Assembly: GCA_051294375.1 (NCBI GenBank)
Contig: CM119268.1
Location: 6,081,525 to 6,145,524, forward strand
DNA from: Paraspadella gotoi
Taxonomy: Eukaryota; Animalia; Chaetognatha
Direction of reading: 5' to 3'
DNA length: 64,000 nucleotides
Position numbers and translations under genes: made by a program. Of the stretch, positions 47,196 to 58,112 are shown piece by piece; the first letter of the stretch is position 1; each line of letters begins with the position of its first letter. The notes under the pieces were generated by a model. The model saw nothing but the letters and a program-made list of their open reading frames with translations. It was not told the DNA's origin and did not search any database.

Positions 47196-47481
47196 TGTAG
47201 TCGGGCATTGCCTAGGTTCACCCCGCCCATAAGCAGTCATGACCCGGTGGCTCATCGAGTAAAGCCATCAGCTCATGACCACTAGGTACCGGATTCAATC
47301 CCAACCCGGTACCTACCCTGCGGGAAGCGTGAGGACGGCCGTAAGCCGCCTTGAGGGCGTGGAAAACCATCAAGCCTGGTTCCAAGCCCAGGACCCGTTC
47401 CATTGCTCCTAGAGGAGGTTAAAGAAGTTTCGGATAGCACTCTTCAGCCCCACTTAGTGCCTTATCCACTATCCAGTGTCA
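47196..47481 (+). mobile_element. Solo-LTR-like structured element with the best twister-like motif
   Basis: Starts TGTAGTCGGGCATT; homologous to the 4459 copy; hairpins GGTACCGG...CCGGTACC and CCTGG-TTCCAAGC-CCAGG; 3' end inferred. Confidence 0.6.
47323..47401 (+). ncRNA. Candidate circularly permuted twister-like ribozyme
   Basis: Order GA-GGA / CGGCCG / TAA / GCC / GC / P3 / CCTGG-TTCCAAGC-CCAGG / A. The P4 loop fits UNNNAAGC; P2 is shorter than canonical. Confidence 0.4.
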
Positions 47482-47614
47482 TTAACTATGATTTTGAGTC
47501 TCCATTAACCGTTTATTTGTGGCGGTTAGACTTTTAACTCATATCCTGTTCACTGTTCATCTGTCAGTCTTAAAGCACAAGTTAATAAGTTAATAAGTTA
47601 ATAAGTTTTGTTTC

Positions 47615-49360
47615 CTAACCCCGTATGTTGAAATACGGCGTCTGGACGTTGTCGATTTTCCACCAATATGCAGAAAAATGGAATTTGATCGTCGCCTTTT
47701 TGTCGACGTTGAAAAAGATCGAGCACGTCAGCGCAGACCAAGAAATCATGATCAAGTATTGAGCGAAGGAATTCCTGTTTCTATTTTCAGCAGAGTCAAT
47801 CATTGGCTGCGACAATAGCAATGTTTAATTTGATTTTGCAACTCTGTGACGGTGCAGACTCTGAGCAGCACCAGCGGCGTCAGAAGGGCAGCCAAAGCGA
47901 CCGCTTCAACGTCCAAACGTAAACGAGGTGAACGTAAACGACGACGCCGACGATGCCTTTGAAGAGACAGTAATTATTGATAAGTGTTTAATGAGAGAAC
48001 CGTTCATTTTAAGCAGTCCCTGAGCTTCGGATCAGGCTGTAACACCATGTTACAGACGGGTTAAGCGCCCCGTCCCTCTAACTGCTAGGCGGCCACCGGG
48101 CTAGAACCCCGACCTTTGGGTTGGGAGGCGAATGACTTTCCTCCGGTACCAATGGCCGCTGATGAACGGTTGGTGGGTTTTAGACCACCATACATCCCCC
48201 CCTCCTGTAGGGAGAAGTCTGTTGCGTCTCTTCAGTGAATTGTTGTTGTTGGTGGAAGTGCGTCACCAAGTTGAGGCATGTTGCCTGAAAGTGTTGTTGT
48301 TGCTGTTGTGTTCGGAAGTTGGGCTCTCCAATGAAGAGACAGTAATTATTGATAAGTTTTAATGAGAGAACCGTTCATTATAAGCAGTCCCTGAGCTTCG
48401 GATCAGGCTGTAACACCATGTTACAGACGGTTAAGCGCCCCGTTCCTCTTAACTGCTAGGCGACCACGGGCTAGAACCCCGGACCTTTGGGTTGGGAGGC
48501 GAATGACTTGCCTCCGGTACCAACGGCCGCTGATGAACGGTTGGTGGATTTTAGACCACCATACCTTGTACAATGTCGACGATGGATGTCAAAGAGATGA
48601 GAGAGGCTTCCCGAGAATTCGCAATGGCCTTGGCAAAGCCGATGGTTGACAGAGCGAAAGAAATTATTGTTTCGTATTCATCCAACGGCCAACTGCAATA
48701 ATAAATGAAACTCCAATCGTGCAGGATTATCGGCTGACAAGCGCATTGGTTCGAGCTTAGAGCGTTGCGTCCCGTTGGTGTCCAGTTCGATCAGCGTGTA
48801 AATTACCGAGTGATAAGTATTATTCATGTTGGGCAGAACAGAGTTTGTTTGGTTCCGCTGGTCAACCCCAGGTTATTGCCGCAGCCTGAAGGAGGATCTG
48901 AGAAATGTTCTCTAGCAAAAGATGCGCCAAATCGAGAGATGGAGAGCGAGGCGATTCTTCTTCGCCGAATTTAGTCCCTGAAGATTCCATCGACAAAGTT
49001 GCCGAATATTTCAGTTCGTCCAATTGTTCGTCGATTAACAGACGGTGTTTCCCAGACCCACGAAGCACAGAATCGACGTCACACGTTTTAACGCCAAACG
49101 CTTCCCCAGAGTCGCGGGTAAAAATGAGCTCTCTTTTCGATAAATGACGCAACGTCACGGCGCTGGACACGACGCTGTGCATCCAAAGGACGACGCACAT
49201 AGCGACGCCGATTTCGCTCACCGTAGAAACCTTTTCCGAGAAATAGGTAAGTCGTTTCGAGTCAGTGACGACGTCGGCCGCGTGAGAAAGACGACGACGA
49301 TAGTCACGATATTCGCGGATCTTCATGTCTTCAGTTGTCAACGTCAACGTCAACGTCAAA
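47615..49360 (-). pseudogene. Intronless degenerate membrane-protein gene (XK-related-like), interrupted by the TRIM
   Basis: HLLLENISQILLQAAAI resembles the XK ExxPQxxLQ motif; in-frame stops; removing the TRIM plus one TSD restores the frame SIVDIVQGIVGVVVVYVHLVYVW. Confidence 0.4.
47960..48565 (-). mobile_element. Terminal-repeat retrotransposon in miniature (TRIM), near-complete
   Basis: Direct repeats 47960-48194 and 48332-~48565, reading TGTA...TTCA on the minus strand (the 5' LTR start is slightly damaged). PBS-like TGGAGAGCCCAAC lies 1 nt after the 5' LTR; PPT AGGAGGGGGGGA (48195-48206) abuts the 3' LTR; 137-bp non-coding internal part; CCTT at 47956-47959 and 48564-48567. Confidence 0.85.
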
Positions 49361-49434
49361 TGTCTACGTCAAACATTATGCATTTATGACAATATACCCA
49401 GATTTTCAGTTGGTACGTAGAAATTTCAAAATAT

Positions 49435-50497
49435 TTTTTTATCGAGCCTTGACCGGCGAAGCCGGGTCAGGCTCTATAATGTTTTAGGGTTGCTTCTTTG
49501 TGACGTAGTCGTCGTCGTCGTCGTCGTCGTCCGTCACGCTGTTTTGTTATATAAAAACTACTACGCTTTTATAGGTTTGGCTGTGACTTACCGTTTTTTT
49601 TTAAATAAAAATTATTATGAATTATGATAAAGTTTTACAAAAGTGTGCAATCATAGTAAGTTAAAAAATTTAGATATGGCTTCTCATTTTGAAATAGCTT
49701 TGATATTTTCTTATTACATTTGGAATTAAGTATTTTTGTTTGAATTTCCACTTCATTATGATTTACTGCAATATGCAAATGAGATTATAGTACTCATTAT
49801 AATATCCAAATTAGTATATAGAAATGCTTTAATCTAATTTACATATTGCAGTATATAATATTGAAGATGAAATTCAAAAAAAATTTTTTAAATTTCTAAT
49901 AAAAATGGGAACTCAAAGGATTTTTTTAATGAGAAGCTATATCTTAATTTTAATACAAATAAAAATAAAATCTTTTACAAGCTGCGATTGGAAAAAATTG
50001 GAAAATTTCCAATTGTAAACCATTGTACATTTTTTGCCTTTCTTTTATTTATTTTTTAATTATATATATATTTTTTTCAGGCGCTGCCTTTTCTGAATCG
50101 TTAAAAAACGAGTTCAGGGTCTCTCTCAGCCTCTCTCAGTCGCTCTCTGTGTGCGTCTGTCTCTCTCTGTACGATCTCATGCATGATCGTTAGTTTTTTA
50201 AAAATTCTGATTATTTTTTTCCTTCTGAAACTTTTATTATCGCCATTTATTCCGCGCTTCTTTCTCAATACAAAATCCCAATTTACATCTGAGATTTTCG
50301 TGGATTTTTTGAGAAAATATGAAGAATATCTTACTTGACCTGGATTTCGTGGCCGTTGCAGGGCAACGAATAAACAATGTCGAGGAACATGACCTTGATG
50401 GCAACGGAAACGTTACGTGTATAAAAAAATCAACTTGACCGAGATCACGCCGATATAAACGAGAGTGACCTAATATTGCGTATCGTTGGCGGGAAAA

Positions 50498-50553
<56 letters not shown>

Positions 50554-50614
50554 TTCTATCTCTTTTTTTTGTACAAAAATAATTTTTTAGTCACTTTTTT
50601 TTCATCACCGTCAC

Positions 50615-50672
<58 letters not shown>

Positions 50673-51370
50673 ATGTACGATCGTTCGTTTTTTGAAAATT
50701 CTTATTATTTTTTTCCTTCTAAAAACTTTTATTATCGCCATTTATTTTTTTTCTCAATACAAAATCCAAATTTACATCCGAGATTTTCGTGGATCCATTT
50801 TAAATAAAAGGAAAAATAACTTGTAATGCAGGCAATGTCACATGTACATCAGCTTGCTATATGTCCGGCAATTCCACGGATTAATTTATTTGCATATATA
50901 ATTTCTAAAAAAAATTTTTTTTGTTTTTGTTTATTACTGTAACTTTGGACCGGTCGGCCCACTATTGGCAAATTATATCTAAAATAGGAGTTGAGAAGAG
51001 AGATATAGTCAAATTAAACATTACTTTTTTGTTATTCTAATAATTTTACAATTTTAAATTGTAAATTTTTTTTTAGTGTATATACTTAATCATTTTTATC
51101 CTTTTTTAAAATAATAATTATTTGAGTTGGGATAAATATTTATAAATTAGTTAAATATGCAAATATGAAATTTGACCTCGGTCTGGTTTCTTCTTAAAAA
51201 AAAACAATCTAAAATTTCATTCAGATTAAACTTTTTTAAGATGAGGACATAAAGTTTTCTTTGATAAGTAAAATAAATATTAGAAAGGAAAAGAGTTCGT
51301 CCTACTCAGATACGTTGAAAAACGAGTTCAGCTCTGCAGCGGCGGTCCAGCTTCTCTCTATCTTTCTCTC

Positions 51371-51427
<57 letters not shown>

Positions 51428-51592
51428 TTCTTTCTATTTATTCCGCCATTTATTTCTCAATACAAAATCCCAAATTTACATTCGAGATTTTCGTGGATTT
51501 TTTTTCTAAAAATTCTGATTATTCTCAAATAAACGAGAGTGAAAACTGACCAGCCTCTCTCTCTCTTTCCCTCTCTCTCTCTCTCTCTCTCT

Positions 51593-51634
<42 letters not shown>

Positions 51635-51918
51635 ATTCATACACGCATTTGTTTGTTTTATTTACGATGAATGATTCATCGCGTCAATGAATGACTTTCA
51701 TCGCATCAATGAATGATTATCATCATATCAATGAATGATTATCATCACATCAATGAATGACTATCATCGATCAATCATTTGATTATCATCACATCAGTTA
51801 TTTTGTTATCATCGCATCAATTATTGGTTATCATCGCATCAATATTTGGTTATCATCGCATCAATATTTGGTTATCATCAAAAGTAGGCTCGATTCCTTA
51901 TGCTTTTAAGATTTTTTT
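49435..51918 (+). mobile_element. Non-autonomous Helentron-type (HINE/DINE-1-like) element with internal repeats
   Basis: T-run, then subTIR ATCGAGCCT (49441) within hairpin GAGCCTTGACCGG-CGAAG-CCGGGTCAGGCTC, then TATA and (GTC)n. Matching AGGCTCGAT at 51886-51894, followed by a CTTA..TAAG hairpin and a T-run. Internal repeats at about 50095, 50640 and 51315. Confidence 0.6.
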
Positions 51919-52063
51919 AAATGAAGACAAAAGTTTATTTTGTTATTTTTTACAAAGATTTTTAATTGTAGAAAAGACGGATATGTTTTTTAATTTTCAG
52001 TCTACTTAACTTATTTATCCTTGTTGTACATTGCCAAATGTAATGATTTTTCTCTTTTCTCTT

Positions 52064-52155
<92 letters not shown>

Positions 52156-52337
52156 ACAATTGCATTGTTACTGTGTTTAAATTTTCACATTTTGAGGATA
52201 ATAAATCAAATCAAAATCTCTCTCTCTCTCACTCTCATTTTCACCATTTCACCAACTTACTTCTTCTTCTTCCCTGTTCTTACCTTCACCTGTCCTCACA
52301 TCGGACCACTGTCCTTTACTCAATTCTTTGTTGGAAA

Positions 52338-52408
<71 letters not shown>

Positions 52409-53581
52409 TAACTTATGTCTCCAAATATGTGTAATAACAAAATAAACTTTTGTCTTCATTTAATACTCTATAACAACGAAAAGAGAGAAACTTACACAAT
52501 TTTTTTTTAAATCTTAAAAGCAGATTCAGATATATATATACTAGCGCCTAAAAAGTTTAGTATAATTTTTTTATATATATTTTCATGATATGAAGGATTG
52601 AATTTAGTTACGTCGTTTGCCGCCTTAGAGATGAGAAAAGACGAGATAGAGAAAAAAAGATAATAAAGAGAGATAAGCGTTTTCATTAGTTTTTCGATAT
52701 TCGTTTCATTAGTTGCAAACAAAGACGATTCCTGCATAAGCGGAAAAAATAGCAATCAGTATCGTTACTAATTGCATCTTGCTTCTTGCTTCTTGCTTCT
52801 CCTTTCATATCTAATGAAGAATTATTGCCCGTCTTAATAAAAAATAAATAAATAAAAAATAAATTAATAAATTAATTAATTAATAAATTAAATTAAAAAA
52901 ATAAATAAATTAATAAATTAGTGGAATGCAATAAATTAATAAATTAATGGAATGAATACAATTAACGTAAATTAACTAGATTAATGAATGATATAAATTA
53001 TTAATGAAGGGTAGAATGAATGAAAGATATAAATTAATGAATGAATACAATTAATAAATTAATGAGAGAATAAATTTATTATGAATAGAATTAATAATTA
53101 ATGATATGAATAAATTAACAAATTAATAAATTAATGAATGAATGAATGATAGACATCTGATTAGCTTGCTTACCGCTAAATTATCGTGGGCAGATCCGAC
53201 ATGGTTTGCTCAAACTTGTTATATTGATTGTATTAATTCTCACATTTTCATTAAACATTATTTTTATAATTTGAACCAATTTTATTTTTGGGATTGGAAA
53301 CCCGCCTCTTTTTATTTCTGTCTGCTTGACTATCTGTCCGTCCGTTTGTCTTTCTCGCCTGTTTGTGCGCACGGACATTGATATTTTTGTTTATATTGTT
53401 TATATTAAGTTGTCCTCATTTACATGGAAGTAGTTCTTGTTTCACTGTCCCCAACGACAATTTTGTCACCGCCTCCTGCTCCTCCTACTCCTCCTCTTCA
53501 TCCTCCTCTTCCTCCTCTTGAAATCCGCTGAGTAAATTCAGCTCAAAATCTTCGGAATTCGATCCTGGAGAGAAAAAGATT

Positions 53582-53623
<42 letters not shown>

Positions 53624-54905
53624 AGAAGATTTTTTTTTGGTTTTGAAGCGAAATGAGAGAAATTCCGATACAACGATGACTTAAGAGATTCCAGATTTCA
53701 TGACAAATCTTGTGGGAACCCCGGGAACTTCTATTGAGTTATTTTACCTAATTTTAGCTAATTTAGTATAAAGGATTCGTCGCGTTAATATGACTAATTA
53801 ACATAACAAAAAATGATCCGTGACTACGAAAAGCTTCTTGAAATAAATTTCTCTTTAGCTTTTGAAGTTAGCTGGCAAGATAGCTTAATTATTCAATAAA
53901 TGGATAACTTTTATGTTGGTTGAATCAATTTTAAATGAGTGGATCACCTGTAAATTTTAACGGTTTATTAAAATATTATACCACTTTATTGATGGTGAGA
54001 GAGTCTTGATCAAAAGTTTGTGAAAGAAGACTTAACCCAAGATAGCCTGTCCAAAGACAGGAGGAAAGCTTACTTATCAAATGAATGAAAGTTTTTTATA
54101 TTTGTTATATCAATTTTATATAATTATAAATAAAAAGAAATAATAAGAATCATAATCATAAATATATATATATAATAAAATTAAACTCACCGTGCGAGGA
54201 ATCAAATGAAATCAGTTGGAATCCGTTTTTTTTTTCTTTTATTTTAAATTCCGAATAAATATTTTTTTTTTGTTAAAAAAAAATTCACTCAATTTTTTGA
54301 TTCAGAGAAAAAATTTAGCAGAATTTTGAGGCGAAAGAGAAAACAAACAAAAGTTCGACTGTTTTATTTTATTTTATTTATTTATTTAATCTTTTTTTTT
54401 ACCTTTTGTGTTCGAATGTTTATTCAATTTATTGTATTTCTATTCTCATTGCTCGAAAATCCAACAAGAGAGAGAGGGAGAGTCGAGTGACAGAGTGAGA
54501 CAGAGTGAGACCGAGTCAAAAATCAAATCGGAATTTCTTCTTTTTTTTTTGTCATCGAATTTCGTCTCCGATTTTTACTTTTTCACGATTCACGTTGAGC
54601 GATTCGTGTTTTACCTCACTTTTGTGGTGTTTTTCATAAACACAGTTAAAGCTTTGGGGCTATTTTCGAGTTAAAAACCAGATATATTTTATGTAAAGCT
54701 TTCCTATGTACATACTACAAAGTACAAACTTATAAATGATTTAATAAATTTTCTTTTTTAATCGCTTACTCGCAACTCACAATGGTTTTGGTTACCACTG
54801 GAACTTCTACTCATCTGTGTTTGGGTTTCAAACCTGACGCAGAATGTAACAGGAAACTATAACAAAAATGTTACTGAGATTTAGGCTATGGCTTGTGAAG
54901 AAAAA

Positions 54906-55024
<119 letters not shown>

Positions 55025-56020
55025 TGAGAGAGAGAGAGAGAATGCCAACAGACCTTACGTTCTCAAGAGAAGAAAGAAAAGTGAGACAAATTCCACTGTA
55101 CAAAAGCGGAATTAAAAAAACAATTATTAATTACTAACAAAATTTTTAAAAATTTAATTGTAATGAAGATCATTTCATTAATTAAATAGCTACATTCTAA
55201 ACGCTTTAATATTTATATTTCACATATATTTCACTATATTTCACATCCTACGGCCGACGCATCGAAAGCGCGACCCTCGAGGCATAGAAACATTAGAACG
55301 AAAAGGTATATATTAGTAAAAATCTTCGTGTTATATTTTTAAATTATTAAATCATAATGGTTTGAAAAGACGAACCATGTTTAAAAAATTAGGTTTCTAT
55401 TAAAATACATGATATTACCAAAAAAAAGCATCGTCCTTGTCATTTGTTTTTTTATTCGTTGACAAACCTAGCAAGAATTGCTCCCTTGTGGAAAATAAAG
55501 GAACTATTTGAATTGAACAAAATAACATAGTTATTTAATTTTTAAAAATTTTATTTTGAATGCTTACAGAAATTACAGGTTTTATATCATATTTTACGAT
55601 ATAAAAAGCTTTAAAGAGCAAGTGGAATATAAAAAAGCTTTAAAGACCAGGTGGAATATAAAAATAGTATTCTAACGAGAATATTCAGATATTAAGAAAA
55701 CAAATATTTCCTATACTTAAATTCCTAATATACATCGGTCTTTTCTTTAAAATCAAAATTAAAAAGGAAATCAGAAAACGTATATTTAAATTTTCACTCC
55801 TCCGTGCGTGGCTCTCTCTCTCTCTGGTTTTCAAGCCAACTTTTTTTCCCTCTTCTTAATTCAATAAAAATAAAAGGTTTCAATCAATTTTTCCTTTTCG
55901 CTTCAGTGAAACTGAAAAGTACAACGAATTAAATTGTCCAGAACTCTTGATTAATCGTTAATAACTTTTGCAGGAAGAAAAAAAAAGAAAACAGGTTTTG
56001 GAATCAAATCTGGTTTGTCC

Positions 56021-56111
<91 letters not shown>

Positions 56112-56303
56112 TTAGTCTATCCACTTTGCGTTCCACTGCTCAACTGGAAAGAATTCCTTTCGTCAAAAATCAAAACGAGAAGTTTTTTTTTTTCTATTTT
56201 TTCTAATATTTTAGTAAATTGAAAGACTAAAATATCAAAATAAAAACAAATATTAAACAAAAAACTTTTTAATCTCAACACACACACACAAAAAAAGAAG
56301 AAA

Positions 56304-58013
56304 ATGCCGAAACAAAAGACTCGACTTTTTTTTCTTGGATTCGACTCTCTCTCCATCTCTCTCTCTTTGATATCTCTCTTCCTAGCGACTCCGTCTCTAT
56401 CTTCCTCTTCATCCTCCTTCTACATCCCTCCTCCTTCTTGCTCCAACCTCCACGAACGGTTGGTGGATCGAGCTCTTCGTGGCGCAGAGTTTCAGATCAT
56501 CGCCAACGCCAACGCCAACGACGCCAACGCCACCGAGGCCGCCACGCCTACATTAGCCCTGTTGTCGACGGCGTTGGACTTTTTCGCCGACGCGGACGTC
56601 GACTTCGAACGAATGAAGTTTTGCGCTGGAATTAGGGATGAAGTCAACGCGACGAAATGTTTGAAGAGAGTCTGCGGATTCGAAGAGGAGGAAGACGAAG
56701 AGGAAGACGGTGAGCGATGATCTTTTGTTTTAATCTCGAAAACGAGGCTAGTTGGTTGCTCATTTGCATATTGGCCTTCCTCTCGCCCCTGGCCCTCTCC
56801 CCCACAGTATTACTCACTCCCTCTCTCCTTCGGGCTCTCCTCGTCGACGTCCTGGAGGGAAGATGCTTTCGGTCCCCGGAACTCGTCGTCCACCACGAAT
56901 CGCGAGTCCCTTGGGAGAAAAGCGTCGGATACGGGTCAGTAATACTGGGATACTGTAATACTATTGTTTTATAATGTATATGCGTCTCGGATCTTTAATT
57001 TTTTTTTTTATTCGGCAAATTTTACGCAATGACTCTAATTATGCCAAACTTTACATCATGTTGTTCTTTTGTTTAATCGTCTATTTTTTTTTGGCCGCCA
57101 GGTCTGCTTTCGCCGCCACAGTCGTCATTGGCTCTCAGTTTGGTGGGTTGCTCTATCCTCTGCGAAATCACATCGCCTATAAGATATGCCTCACGTTAGT
57201 AATAATTATCGAATAATTAATTAATTAATTAATTACGCGCCTCACAAGAGTATGCATATTGTAAGTTTCTAAATATTATTAACAATAGTATGTTTTACAT
57301 GTTAATTTCATTGTGATCACGTCACCAAACATATTGAATATGTTTTTAATTCCCAATGAAAACTTATGTGGTTTCATCTTCAATATCTACCTTTAAAAAG
57401 AAATTCTAATCTAATCTAATCTAATCTAATCTAATCTAATCTAAACTGATCTAATCTAATCTGATTGAATTTAATCCAATCTAACTTATTTAATAACTAA
57501 TATAATTTAATTTCATATAATCTAATTTGATCTAATCAAGAAATATAATCGAATATAATCTAATCTTATCTAATGTAAGATAATCTCATATAATCTTATT
57601 TAATCCAATTCAATTTTATTAACTCATCTAATCTCCTCTAATCTAACTCATTCATAATCTCACTAAGGCGTCCCATTCCATTCCTCCCAAGGTACCTGAT
57701 CGGCCTGGCGTGCGGTACGCTCGGAGCAGGCGGTATCCTCCACCTGATGCCCGCCTGCTTCGGCCTGCACGAAGACGACGTATCAGGCCCCGAACACATC
57801 TATCACTCGGCGGCGGTTCTGGCCGGAGCTTATCTCTTCTACTGGATCGAACTCATACTTAGGTCGATACTGATGCGATATGCCGTTGTTTGTTGGTTGT
57901 TGGTTGTTGTCGAAGTTGCTCAAAGCATTGTTGTTGATGTTATTTTGGTTATTATTGTCGCAATTGTTAATATTTTATTATTATTATTATCATCATTATT
58001 ATTATTATTATTA

Positions 58014-58112
<99 letters not shown>

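Noticed and set aside
47427-47447. Hammerhead core CTGAAGA-G..C-GAAAC on the minus strand of the 47196 element
   Set aside because: No convincing stems I and III, and the core is not conserved in the 4459 copy (CTGAAGG...TCAAC) or the 14461 copy.
48095-48170. CTGATGA and HDV-like GGCGAATG on the plus strand of the TRIM LTR
   Set aside because: No downstream GAAA for a hammerhead, and no P1/P2/P3 nested pseudoknot could be built for an HDV-like fold.
52250-53700. Possible minus-strand exons (acidic D/E run, hydrophobic ORF 52507-52755)
   Set aside because: No recognisable motif, and no consistent exon chain could be built.
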